A stretch of 64,000 nucleotides of DNA, taken from NCBI GenBank assembly GCA_013265495.1, contig MU058387.1, forward strand, positions 558,001 to 622,000. The letters run 5' to 3'. Each line of letters opens with the position of its first letter. The first letter of the stretch is position 1. Source of the stretch: Vicugna vicugna (lineage: Eukaryota). Positions 24,781-37,700 of this stretch are shown here, piece by piece. The notes beneath the pieces were generated by a model, which made no database searches, was not told the DNA's origin, and saw only the letters and a list, made by a program, of their open reading frames with translations. The position numbers and the translations under genes are program-made.

Positions 24781-27169
24781 GATCAGAATCCTAAGGAAAC
24801 AGTCTGGGAACACGGGTACGCATGTGTGTGGATATATCTGTGCACACAGCCTCCTGTATGTGCAAGAGATTCAGGTTAGTAATATTTTCTTCACAATCGC
24901 AACCATTTCCCTTTTGATTGAGAGTGAGCTGAGCTTGCATGATGCATAAAATATGACTTTGACTTTTAAAAATGTCATCTTTAACGGAGGACACCATTAT
25001 AGTCACTTGGTTGGCTGTAAATTATTACCCGTCCATCGTGGGACAAAAGGACACACATGATCATTAAACATGTAGTGGTCAGCTGCTTTCTGGCGATGCA
25101 CTGAAAGGCAGTCATGCAGCTCTGGAGTGGAGTCCCTTTGTATCAATTTTAAAGCGAATGTTCTTGCATAGTGATGGGGTTTCAAAGTCCTACAACTGAC
25201 TGCTTGCCAAATTTCGTTTTGAGAAACAAGTTTCAGCAAAAACGGAAATCACTGTTACGTACCTAACTGTGTGGGAAAAAAAAAAACCTAAACAAAACTG
25301 TGCATCCATGTTTTGTGATCACATATTGGAGCCACATTTATCATACTTCCTTTTCCCCTCTGACAATTGATGGTTTAGAGTCTTATATCTACTTTTAGGA
25401 TTAGGAATATGGTTTAGTGGGTAGAATTTCATAAGAACCAGAATTTCAAGACTTTGAACTAAAAAGGTGCTTTTAACCTACATCCTTTAGGAGGAAGGCA
25501 CATTGCAGGCAATGTTTAAAAAAAATGGCCACTTGCGTTTAATTTCCTTTCTGCACTGTTTCATTTATCTCTTCTCATCATCACTCACATTGCATTACTG
25601 TCCTCTCCTCTTACACCTGGAGAAGAACCACACATTCTTTATCTCTTCCTCTACCTGTGTCTTAGCCTAGGCTATGGAAGAGTCAGGTACCATCTCCAAG
25701 GTCTTCTGTCTTGAAGAACATCTACTCTCACCTCTGCAGAGATAGATGTGTCATCCGGGAGCCAATGAAAGCTACAACTTCTGTAATCCATGTGATTTTT
25801 CCCTCTGCTAGGTTTCCGGTCTCGATTGACAGTAAGGGAAGAGAAATCTATGCCTTCATTTAGTGAAATTGTCATAAGTGACTTGGATGTCCCAGATAGT
25901 GTGTGACATGGAGGGTGCGAGAGTGTGTGAAACAGACGTGTCTGTATATGACTTGACAAGCTTCTTTCTTGCACTGCAAGGGTGGGGAGGCCTTGGCTTT
26001 GCACTTCCCTAGCAGGAGAGGGAAATGCTATCTTCACACATTTTCCTTTCGCTGGTCCTCACAGAACTATGGATAGACTCCAATGGGAATTCAAATAGGA
26101 AACACATGCATTTTCAATGGTTTAGTGAAAAAAAAGAATACTATGAATTAATTTTTGAAAGTGACTGTGCTTATAATCAAATGAAATAAAGACATAAATA
26201 GTGAAGGAGGTTCTCTGCTTTTCAATAGCAACACTGAAACTAAGTAGCCATTTAACATTAAGCAAATTGCCTCATTTCTATGCATCCCATTTATATCCTC
26301 CATCAATTGGGTGGCAGTGGTGGAAGTTAGATTAAATTATCTCTGTGAGTCTTTCCAGGTCTAGAATCCTAAGTTTTAGAATGTTATTCCATTTTAGACT
26401 TATTGATTGCATATGTTGAAGAGGAAAAGCTCTTAAAGCATTTTTGAAATCATTTATTAGCATTTGGTTCACAGTTGGAACTCAAATGTTTGTAGAATGA
26501 ATGATCATTTGGGGAGAACCTGATTTCCTCTATTAATAAGGTGTTTTGTTTTGACCGTGATAAAGATGTCAGAGTAAGGCATTGACCCTCTCACTACCCT
26601 AGGGTTGTGTGCCATTGATACACATTCTTTTGACCCATAAATTGTGTGTGTTTGTGTTCAAGAGAGAAAGCATTGATATCCATCTTAATTTTGGCTTAAT
26701 ATTTGAATACGTCTCTCTAAATAACTAGTTAGAAATTCTAGGAATAAGTTTACCTTATTTAACAAATCTATTCTTTGATCTTTTGTTTTTCTTTTTATTT
26801 GACTGCCAGGAGAATTTGCCAAGCCTTTCTTTGATCATCAGTCAGTTAGCCTGTTTCTTAAAGGACATTCTTCTGAATCTTCATAGTACCCTTTTCTTTT
26901 TTAAATCTTTATGTTTCTGAACCTCTTGCCAGTAATTCAGTAGGACATAAAAATTCAGCTTCTTTTTGTAAGTAATGGGGCTTGGGTACTTTCCAAAACC
27001 ATCAAACAGAAATCTTGGATGAACATTGACTCTCCTATAGAGATGCCATCACTTTACTCCATGACAGCTGTTGCCCTTAATCCCTTTAATTTACTCCCTC
27101 AAACATCACAATCATGATTTTTTTTGTAACGTTAGCTATCTTGAAATAGGTATTCAATTCATCTTGTGA

Positions 27170-27365
27170 TATACTCTGCTACTTCTTACCATCCCACTGC
27201 TATACCCTGGACCACGTATAGTCTCCTCTTACTTGGATTGCTACACGAGTAAACGAGGCTTACCGCTTCTGCCTTTGTTTTCCATTAGCATGTTCTCAGC
27301 TAAACAGCCAGAGTGATCCCAACGACCCTCAAAGTCACATGGTCTGTGCCTACTTTCCCACGTAT
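27170..27365 (+). mobile_element. L2 LINE fragment
   Basis: 'ctcttacttggattgctac...acagccagagtgatc' resembles the L2 ORF2 3' region. Confidence 0.6.
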
Positions 27366-27368
27366 TAC

Positions 27369-28477
27369 AATATTTACAGACGATGTGACTGACAGCTTAA
27401 TTTCCAGAATATACAAACAGCTCATAAAGCTCAGAAAAAAAAAAAACCCAATCCAAAAGCAGGCAGAAGACCAAAAAACTGTCTCCAATGAAGACATACA
27501 AATGGCCAATAGGCACATGAAAAAATGCTCAATATCGCTAATAATCAGAGAAATACAAATCAAAACTACAATGAGGTATCACCTCACAGCTGTCAGAATA
27601 GCCATCATTAAAAATCCATAAACAGTAAATGCTAGACAGGGTGTAGAGAGAAGGGAACCCTCCTACACTGCTGGTGGGAATGCAGTTTGGTGCAGCCATT
27701 GTGTATGCGTAGTGTATGGAGATTCCTTAAAAAACTGAAAATAGACTCACCCTGTGATCCAGCAATCCCACTCCTGGGAAACTTTAATTTGAAAAGATAT
27801 ATGCACTTCAATTCTTAGCAGCACTATTCACAATAGCCAAGACATGGAAGCAACTTAAATGTCCATCGACAGATGATTAGATAAAGAAGTTGGGTGTGTG
27901 TGTATGTATATATGTGTGTGTATGTGTGTGTGTGTGTGTGTGTGTGTATAGATAGACAGAGAGATATAGATAAAATGGAATACTATTCAGCCATAAAAAA
28001 GAATGAAATAATGTCATTTGCAGCAAACTAGAGATTATCATACTAAGACCTAGACCTAGAGATTATCATACTAAGCAAAGTAAGTCAGAAAGAGAAACAC
28101 AAATATCATATTATATCATAGTATATCACTTATATGTGGAATTAAAGAAAATGGCACAGATGAACTTATTTACAAAATAGAAACAAACTCACAGACATAG
28201 AAGACAAACTTATGGTTGCCAAAGGAGAAAAGGGGTGAGGAAGGATAAATCAGGAGTTTGCGATTAACAGATACAAACTATTATATATAAAATAGATAAA
28301 CAAGATCTTACTGTATAGCAAAGGGAACTAAATTCAATAGCTTGTAATAACCTATAATGAAAAAGAATATATATGTATAACTGAATCACTATGCTGTACA
28401 CCAGATACTAACATAACATTGTAAATCAATTATACTTCAATAAAACTGTGCAATAAATTAGAAAAAAACAAAAAAAC
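27369..28477 (+). mobile_element. 5'-truncated L1 (ORF2 C-terminus and 3' UTR)
   Basis: Translates 'LISRIYKQL...[41 protein letters not shown]' (L1 ORF2). The 3' UTR matches 4450-4926; there is an internal (TG)n and a terminal aataaa plus A-tail. Confidence 0.96.
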
Positions 28478-28846
28478 TAATAATCTTTAAATTATATATG
28501 TGTTACATTATAAAGGAAAGAAACAATATTTCAGCTCATATATGAAATGCAAATACATATTATTAAATTGAGAATTGAAAATGTGAGGCATAATTTGAAT
28601 TTTGGTCCTGTTTTTCCTAGCATTTTGTAAACAAAAACTCCGTGTATTTCTTAGGACTCTTTCCTTGGAAACAAGAGAATGGGAGTCTTTCTAGTTTAAG
28701 CCAAAACAATTTTATTGAATGTTCCTAGGATAGTTTATAGAATTATAGGAGTATTTGTATGATTAGTTCTCTGAAGGACAGGAAGCAAATCTGCCTTAGG
28801 GATCTCACCAAGGAACTTGTAGTTCTTTTTGGACAGTTGCCAAGAG

Positions 28847-29005
28847 CTGTAAGTCTCAGACTTGATTGTGTAGAGGTGTCACCTAGGGACGTCAGTAAGA
28901 TGCAGATTCTGATTCAGTGGGTCCGGGCAGGGCTTGGGATTCTGTATTTTCAACAACACCTAGTTGGTGTTCATGCTACTGTTCTATGGACCTCAACTTG
29001 AGAAG
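28847..29005. mobile_element. MER5A (hAT)
   Basis: 'atgcagattctgattcagtgggtccgggcagggcttgggattctgtattttcaacaac'. Confidence 0.8.
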
Positions 29006-29029
29006 AGAAGGCAAAGAGAAATAATCTTC

Positions 29030-29325
29030 TTGCCTTTCATTGACTAATTCTTACTCACTCTTTCAGATTTCCCATCAGTGTCGTCTCTTCAAGGAAGCCA
29101 TCTCTGGCTCCACCCCTCACCTCCTCATTATGTCAAGGCCTCTCTCTGCTCTTAGCACTTCGTACCTCACCTTCTCTGTTTCATCAGACTTGCCATATAT
29201 ATGTAACATACGTATGTGTCTTTCTACAGGACATAAAAAGGAACATGTCAGGCTTATGCACTCTGTCACCGCAGCATCCACATAGCGCATGGACCATAGT
29301 TCAACAATCATTTGAAGACTGACTG
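29030..29325 (+). mobile_element. L2 3' fragment
   Basis: 'cttactcactctttcagatttcccatcagtgtcgtctcttcaaggaagcc...catagttcaacaatcatttgaagactgactg'. Confidence 0.6.
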
Positions 29326-29377
29326 TCTATTAAATATTTAATACTTCTGCTTCCACCCTCTCCCTTATTTGAAGACT

Positions 29378-29524
29378 ACTTTTTCAGCCCTAGCTGCACA
29401 ACAGAATTGTCTGGAGGTCTTTTAAAAAGTGCCCATGTTGGGGCTGCACTCAGACCAGTTAGAGCAGAACCTTTAGCAAAGAGGCCTGGGCATTGGTTAA
29501 AAAAGCTCCCTGAGTATTTCCAAT
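29378..29524. mobile_element. MER5-family element, left part (split by an LTR; right part about 30289-30313)
   Basis: 'ttttcagccctagctgcacaacagaat...aaaaagctccctgagtatttccaat'; the MER5-like end resumes after the LTR. Confidence 0.65.
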
Positions 29525-30283
29525 TGTACTGAATAAAATATATATACATTTGTTCTTTGTCCTGAGATCCTAGCCTGGAGCTCCTAATACCCTTGGAATT
29601 CCCTGAGTGATGGGATTACCCTTTTTTATTCATAATGAGTCCCTTTTGACCATACTGGGCTTATGCTAATGAGATGACCTTAGTGAGTCTCAAGGATGGG
29701 GTTTGGTTGCCAGAGAAACCAACCACCTGATTAGAGTGTTGGAACTTTCAGTCTGACCCCCTGACCTTGGGGAGGACAGATGCTTGAGACTGAGTTCACT
29801 CGCCAAAGACAAATGATTTAATCAAACATGCCGACACAATACAATTTTGATTAAAACTCTTGAACAAAGAAATTTAGGGAACATTAATGTTCTGGGAGGG
29901 AGGAGTTCCAGGACAGACATGGAAGCTCTGTGAAACCCTACTCCTCTACGTGCACACACCTAACACTACACATTTCTTCCACTTGGCAGTTTCTGAGTTT
30001 CATTCATTATAATAAAGTTGTAAGAACAGAGCTTCCCTGACTTCTGTGAGTCATTCTAGTAAATTATCAAACCAAAGTGCAAGGGGTGGGTATAAGAACT
30101 CTTGAATTTCTAGTCATCCAGGCTGGGAACCCTGCTTGTGGCTGGCATCTGAAGTACAGGTAGTCGTGTTGGGACTGAACCCTTGACTGTAGGGTCTGGT
30201 CTAAATCCGGGCAGTCAGTGTCAGAATTGAACTGAATTGTAGAACTCTCCCTTGGCATTGGAGAATTGTTGGAAAACAACATA
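29525..30283 (+). mobile_element. ERVL-class solo LTR, MER21-like
   Basis: 'acccttggaattccctgagtgat', 'tatgctaatgagatgac', 'ggttgccagagaaaccaacc...gattagagtgttggaactttcag', 'tctgtgagtcattctagtaaattatcaaacc', 'agtgtcagaattgaactgaattgtag'; candidate 5-bp TSD ccaat/cctat. Confidence 0.85.
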
Positions 30284-30499
30284 CCTATGTTCAACCAAGC
30301 ATTTGGTCAACTGACAGAAGGATAATCTAGGAGTGTCACTTGTGTCAAAGCCCCTTCCTCATATCAGATGGCTAGAATTGGCTTCAGAAGATGCAGATGT
30401 CATTGATCTGTGAAAAAGAAAGCACTCTAAATAATATAGACAGACCAACACTTTCTTTTCTTTTCTTTTCTTTTCCCCTTTTTGAAGACTGGGGTCAGA

Positions 30500-30780
30500 G
30501 AGAAAGAGTGGAGTGTGGAGTGAAATAAATTTGGAGAAGGCAGGAACTAGATTATGCAGTTTCTTACAAGTCACATCAAATATTTTGAACTGAATTCTAA
30601 GGGCAATGGGAGACTTCTGGGGGATTTTTAAGCAGGGGAGAGACAAGATCAAACCTATGTTTTAGCAAGATCTCTAGTCTATGGAGAACAAATTAGAGGA
30701 GGACCCAGGGAACAGTGAAGAGGGCATTTAGGAAGCTAATGCCGTGGTCCAAATGAAATTAGATGGTGGTTTGGACTAAG
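30500..30780 (-). mobile_element. L2 LINE fragment
   Basis: Minus frame 'LKIPQKSPIALRIQFKIFDVTCKKLHNLVPA' resembles the decayed L2 ORF2 C-terminus. Confidence 0.75.
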
Positions 30781-31264
30781 ATTCAAGAACAATGTGGGAG
30801 ATTGGGATTAATCAATGGGAGACAGAATAAAATGCTTTAAGCAACGTGGCACTGAGGTTAATAGGGCCGAGGACTACTGAGTACCCTGGGTCGTTTGACA
30901 TGGCTAGAGACAGATCAATAGCTTTGCTTTTGATATTAGTTGCTGGTTTAAAGCTTCTTTTCTAAGAATGGTTCCTAATTAACCATTGACCTTATGTATC
31001 AATTTGAAAAGCAATTCTACTGTCCTTGAGGATGAATAAAAATTGTGATATGGAAGAATCACTCCCTATTAACTGCTTGGGGCCCAGGATGGTACATATT
31101 GCCAGCCCCCAGCATGCAGTGGAGCTAGCCATTACTTTAACTAGCAATTTATTATGGGTTAGGAAACCAGCTAACCAATGTTATAGAAGGTTATATAAAA
31201 TAAAATGAATATTTTTATACATGAATTTGGTGATATATGTTTTGGTTGCTTGGGGTTTTAAAAT

Positions 31265-32841
31265 TTGTTGTTGTTGTTTTTAATTTTATGTTTTCTTGTT
31301 TACCTTTTGAACTTCCTCACCTATTTCTCCAATCCCCCTACGCCCCACCTCTGGCAACTATCCATCTGTTCTCTGGATCTATGAACTTGTTTTTCTATTT
31401 TGTTCTGTTTGTTTTAGATCCCACATATAAGTGATATCATATGGTATTTGTCTTTCTCTGTCTGATTTATTTCACTTAGCTTAATGCTCACAAGGTTCAG
31501 CCGTGTTGTCACAAATGCCAATATTTCAGTCCTTTTTATGACTGAATAACATCCTATTGTGTATATATATATATATATAAATTTCCTTACCCGTTCATCC
31601 ATTGATGAACACATAGGTTGCTTTCATATCTTAGCTACTGTAAATGATGCTGTACTAAACATTGAAATGCATACATGTTTTCAAGTTAATGTTTTCATTT
31701 TCTTTGGATAAATACTTAGAAATAGAACTGCTGGTTCATATCGTAGTTCTATTTTGAATCTTTTGAGGAACTTTCACACTGTTTTCAGTAGAGGCTGCAC
31801 TAATTTCCATTCCCACCAATAGTGCATAAGGATTCTCTTTTCTTCACATCTTCACCAAAACTTATTATTTCTTGTCTTTCTAATAATAACCCTTCTAACA
31901 GACACAAGATGGTATCTCACTATGATTTTTACTTACATTCCTTTGATGATTAGTGATGTAAAGTACATTTTCATGTACCTGTTGGTCATCTGTATGTCTT
32001 CTTTTGAAAAAAATGTCTATTCAGATATTCTGCTCATTTTTAAATTAAATGGGTTTTTTTTTCACAGTTGAAATATAATGAGTTTGATTCTATAGATATG
32101 ATAATAGACTCAGAAGGTCTTTGTGAATTGGAAAACTTGGAATTGAAGATCGAATATTTTCTGACTTCATAGCTGAGTGCCGGAACCCCTCGGTGGCACA
32201 CTCCCACCGTAAGAAGTCACATTTTACTACCAAGCAAATGACTGAGGTTCATAGACTTGTTTTTTTACTATAGAGTTATCTGAGGTCTATATGTATTTTG
32301 GACATTAGCCCCTTATCAGATACATAATTTATGAATATTTTTTTCCCATTCAGTAGATTGACTTTTCATTGTGTTGATGGTTTCCTCTGCTGTGCGGAAG
32401 CTTTTAAGGAGGATGTAGCTCCACTTTTTTATCTTCTCTTTTGTTACTTTGGTGTTTGGAGTCAAACCTCCAAAAAAACATTGCCAAGACCTATTGTCAA
32501 AGAGCTCACTGCCTACATTTTCTTCTAGAAGTTTTATGGTGTCAGGTCTTCCATTCAAGTCTTTCCTCCATCTTGAGTTAATTTTTGTGTATAGTGTAAG
32601 ATGGTAGTACGGCTTTATTCTTCTGCATGTAACTGTCCCATTTCCCCCTCACCATCTTTTGAAGAGACTGTCCTGTCCTCATTGTATATTCTTGGCTCCT
32701 TTGTCATAAATTAGTTGACCATGTAAATCTGAGTTTATTTCTGGGCTCTTCATTAAGTTCCATTGATCCATGCATTTGTTTTTATGTTAACAGCACATTG
32801 TTTTAATTACTATAACTTTTGTAATATAGTTTGAAATCAAG
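31265..32841 (-). mobile_element. L1 (L1MA-type) 3' end and distal ORF2, interrupted by a foreign insert at 32054-32250
   Basis: Minus frames 'LNLVSIKLSEINQTEKDKYHMISLICGI', 'RPDTIKLLEENVGSEL' and 'LDFKLYYK' are L1 ORF2. Confidence 0.95.
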
Positions 32842-33514
32842 GACCATCAGCTGCATATAAAGCTCCTGTCCAGAAGACACTGGTACTCTGGAGCATGACA
32901 AGAGAAGAGTGTAAGATGGCATCTGCCAGTCTCCCATCACCAGAGAGTGTTCCAGTAAACTACTAGATGTCTGTGTTAAATCACATGCCTGATTCTCAGG
33001 CCAATGTTTTGATATAAGCAAGTGAGCCTCCTTTACTTTAAGCCTGGAAACAAATAGCTGCCAAGCGGTAACCTAGATGTTAAGGCAAGTGAGTCCAGGC
33101 AGGTAGATGTTTTAAGAGATATCTCCCAGATTGTTATAAACTGGTGAGTCTTGGGACACAAGCCTCATTGGTTTCCAAAGTTATACGTTTGGAGGGGTTC
33201 TTCTCTCAGTTGCAGGACCTAAAACCTGAGGTGCCTACTGTGGGGTTGGAAACCTTCACTCCTTGAGAAGCTCTGGGTTTTGGGTTTTCTCCCAGTGGTG
33301 GGGTACCAGGGATGGGGTTTATGGCAAGCTTGTGTCCTAGATTCTCCTACCTGCTTCGATGTGGTTGTCTTATCATTTGATCAAATGTGTAGTCATCACT
33401 CAGCCAGACTTTAGTTTTTTTAAGAGGAAATGTTCCATGTGTAGCTGTAGACTCAGTATGTTCGTGAGAGGAGCTGCATTCAAGATCTTTCTATGTTGCC
33501 ATCTTGGACCAGAA
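32842..33514 (-). mobile_element. L1 5' UTR-like segment
   Basis: Ends 'gttccatgtgtagctgtagactcagtatgttcgtgagaggag...ttcaagatctttctatgttgccatcttggaccagaa'. The reverse complement 'caagatggc' is the YY1 motif at L1 5' termini. Confidence 0.75.
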
Positions 33515-36129
33515 AGACCAAGACTTTTCTGTTAGGCCACCTAACTTCTGATACATTTATCTTTTACTTTACTAAAAGGCAACCTTCTGGGAGGCTAAGT
33601 ACCTTTCAAGATTTATTGTAAAGATTAAATGAAAATGACTATATAAATATGGTGCTGTTGTTCAGTAACTATTAGTTTTATTTCTCCCCTCCCCTCTGGG
33701 GATTTCTAGTAAGAAGCCAGACCTGTAAGTCTTATCAATAACTAATTGAGTACTTCATTGGGTATTATCACAATTAGTTGTCCATTCAGACTTCATAAAA
33801 CCTATAATTCTTCTAAGATTCAGCAAATTATGAAAAGAAATCAGCAGTTCTTACATTTTTCTTGCAAATGGGCACACTTTGCTCTTTGATGCATCCTGAA
33901 TATCTTGAAGAGCACCTGACACATAGTAAGTGCTTGACAAATAAGGTTTCGTGTTTTTGTGAATTTAGGAGAAAAAATATCGCCTGATCTGCTCTCAAGT
34001 AGTTTTCAATCTGACTGAAGAGAAAAAGTATGACAGCGCAGACTAAACAGGAAAGATGAATTCAAAGGATGAGAAAAGTTACAACAGCTCATGATCAGAA
34101 AAGTCCGCACGGAAGAGCTGGTGCTCTGACCACACTACTTAGGTGGAGAGTAGAGAGTGGAGGAAGGTCCTTCCAAACAAAGAGAGGATGCATGTAAAGG
34201 CACAGGATATGAATGCGTGAAGTGTAGTTAGGACTTTGTGAACAGCCAAGCCTGGCTGGAATGGAAAAAATAGTGTGAGTGGAAAGCAGAGACTGGGTGG
34301 ATGGCTGAGGATCAGATCACAGAGAGTGCTGAGTTCAGAGTAGATTTAGCAGGACTGAGCAGGAAGCTAGTCACATGATAAATACGGTATTCAAGGGAGA
34401 ATAACCCTCAATCCAAAATTAATTTAGGAAATGGTTCACCTAGGAGAAAAAGAAAAAGAAAAATGGGGCCCAGGGTGAAATAATAAACCAGCTCCTGCCA
34501 GGTGAATCCCAGCTCTACTGTCACAACATTGAGGTCAGAAGAATGTGGTTTCTGAGACAGGGGTAGGGATCTGTATCTCAGTTCACTTGAGGGTGAGTTG
34601 CAATTCTGAATTTTATTACAATTTTTGGGGAATAAGCTTCACATTTCATAATCATATCATATTGTCATGATAAAAAGGCTTCTGTTAGTCTTTGCACAGT
34701 GTTCTGATTTAGACTGAAATCAAAGAAGCCAAAATAAGGAAAAGGACTTAGGAGCTAGCTGTATCCTTAACTATGCCCTCATACAGAACAGACATGCTCC
34801 TAATTTTTAATGTATTGCTCAAATTAAAGTATTTATTTTAACTGTGTTAAAGTATAAAATCAAGAGAAAAATAAGAATTAAGCCAAATTATCCCACAAGA
34901 TTATTTTTAAAACCAAGGTCTCGTATGATGAATCAGGAGCGTTCTATACACCAATGTCTTCCTTTCATAATATTCTGGGAAATTTCTTTTGCAACTGGAG
35001 ACTGCCAAAAATGATAAATGCCAGATATGATATGGTGAAAATTACCCTCTGCTTATAGAAGACTAAACTCTTAGGCCAAGAGCTGTAATCGCAATGCTCT
35101 GGAACTCTGTACAAAAGGAGAAAAACATGGAAAAAAGTTAACTTTTCCTCTAAGCAATGTGATAAAGATTTTAATTAAGAACCAGGGGTCTATGAAGGAA
35201 TCCCAGGTTTAAAAGTTTTTGGCTGAAATAAAACAGAATTTGAGTTGAAACTGATATGGGTTAAGGTATAGGTTGGATCATCTTTGCTCCATGCTTACCA
35301 ATTTTTTTGACACATACTTACATCCACCAAAATATAAGATGAAACTCTAAAAGGTGCAGGATGGGAATTGAAAATAAAATCATAGAAAGATGCTGTTTAA
35401 GCTGCATTTGTAAATTGAACTATAGATCAGTTCTGAACACCTAAAGTTTTATGACTGACACATATATTTTACAGACAGATGTGTACACAGTAGTAGTAAC
35501 GAATTCGCGTAGAAAGGAAGCTGTAACTTTCCCCTCCAACACTAATGGTATAGAAATGTGATTTTTTTTCTTAACCTCTGAGAGATATATGATCCATCTT
35601 TAAATTAAATATTACATCTAGGTGATTAGATATTCGTAGACCCAAACAATGAGAGCCATAGCATCTTTTTGAGGCAAAACAATAAGCAATACTAATTAAA
35701 TTATAGAAAATAATACTGAGGGGCAACATATACTAAACGGCAGTCCTAAATTATGGTGCTAAGTTAAACGCATTAACTTTAATGCTTGCTTTATACATAA
35801 ATAAACTGAGACGGAGGGAAATTACATTATTAACCAAGGACACAATGGTAGTAACTTGTAACAAATCTGTCTGACTCCAAAACTCATATTCAATTTAATT
35901 CATTAGCTATATCTTGATATAACCACCATGATGCTCACTCCATAAAAGATACAACTATGTCTGTCTGGATTTAAACAAAAAAATTCAAAGTCCCAGCCCT
36001 ACTCAATACTAATTATATATATAAGAATCTCTGGGGTTGGGGACTCGGGTATTTTATCGTTTTTTAAAAGCTCCTCAGATGATGGCTATGTGCAATCTAC
36101 TTTCCTTGTTCTCCATTATCTTTGTGGAT

Positions 36130-36290
36130 CACCTCACTGTACTAGTAAAGCATCAGGTGTCATTATCCCTATTTTTCAGAGAAGAAAAATGAAGATTAAA
36201 TCATTTATCTAAAGTCACGTAGCAAGTGAAAGAGTCAGAATTTAAACTCAGTTTGCCCAGTTCCAAAGCCAATGTATACTTTACGGCCAC
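36130..36290 (-). mobile_element. MIR SINE
   Basis: 'attatccctatttttcagagaagaaaaatgaag...aaagtcacgtagcaagtgaaagagtcagaatttaaactcag'. Confidence 0.75.
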
Positions 36291-37609
36291 TAAATTATCT
36301 CCCCTCAAGGGAAATTAGTACATGTTTCTGAATATTAATAATCCCCTTGAACTGTTTAAGTAACAAACATAAATATTATGAGTTTTTTTCTTAATTTCAA
36401 AAGTCTTGGTGCAAAAGATCTATATACCAAATATGATTGCAATTAAACTGTTTATCAAGTTGAGTTATTGTACACGGCATTATTTTATTCCTGAATATAT
36501 TACTTTCAAAATCTATTCTACAATTATTCCAGCTCTACTGGAAAAATCCTAAAGGATCAAAATAAAACTTTGTCCCTTTACAACAATCAGAAAGTGATAC
36601 TCAGTTTTTTTAAAAATAATTTACCAGTAAAAGGTTATCACATTTATTTTATCATGTAAAGGACAGACTCTAGGTGTTTCATTGTTTATGACTCAAAGGC
36701 TAGGGAAATATGGGAAGGCTAACTTCATGTCTGGGTCAAGTAAAGCCTTTTTTCAAGCAGGCAATATAAATTTCAGTTGTCCTGTTAGAGCCATTAAGAG
36801 AAAGGATATGAATCAAGGTTATGAAGTTAAGTATTGTTTCCCATCATCCTCAAAAATGCAGACTGAATCTCTTTGCCAAATGAAAAAAGGCCATAGTCCA
36901 GGAAAAGTGCAATGCTACACCTTTGCCCACATGCTTCCTCCAATTTGTGGTGAGAAACCACTCTGCTCCTTACCAGAAACTCAGCGCTGCCCTCCCAGTT
37001 GTGGTTGGTGAGGACCTGCTGACAAGGGAGATCGACTGAATGAAGATAGCATAACTAGGGGAAAAAATTGTCAGTAAGTGGAAACGGTGGTATTTTCAAT
37101 GTTTCCTGGCATTTCAACCTCCCCTGTGCCTGAAATCCTGGATGCTTGCAGCCTCTGGCCACACCCCTGTCAGAAGAACAACGCCAAATGCCAGCAGTCC
37201 AGATCCCTATTGAGTGTCCAGAGGGGCCTGTGGTACAAGAGTGATCTGTGATCTGGGGGCAGAGGATGGGGGGATTTTTTTATTTATCTAATAAAAACAA
37301 TAATAATCACTCTTTGTTTGGCACTGTCCTCAGTCTTTAGATGTATTAATTCTAGAGTCACTAGGATGTAGGCTCCCTCCTGAGAAAGACCTTGTCTGTC
37401 TTCTTGTTCTCTTTTGTACCCACATGGCAGACACTCAGTGGATATTTGATGATTACATCACATCAAATCTTTATGACACCACATCATCTGGGTATTAATT
37501 CATCTTACTGAGTCACTTTGGATGACCCTGTACCCAGTGGGCACATGCTTGGTAAGAGTGAAATTTGGAATTTGAACTTAGAACACAGACTGACTGATCC
37601 TATAATCTT

Positions 37610-37700
37610 TTTTTTTTAATTGAAGTATAGTCAGTTTAGAAAACCAAATTACATTTCCACCAACAGTGTAGGAGGGTTCCTTGTTCACCACACCATCCCC
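37610..37700 (-). mobile_element. Tiny internally deleted L1 insertion with TSD
   Basis: Poly-T, then L1 terminus 'ttgaagtatagtcagttta', then 'accaaattacatttccaccaacagtgtaggagggttcc'; flanked by actgatcctataatctt (37593) and actgatcctatgctctt (37701). Confidence 0.85.

Noticed and set aside
36801..36809. Perfect U12-type 5' splice site ATATCCTTT on the minus strand (another at about 49677)
   Set aside because: The upstream sequence has stops in all three frames, and an AT-rich 9-mer is expected by chance in 64 kb.
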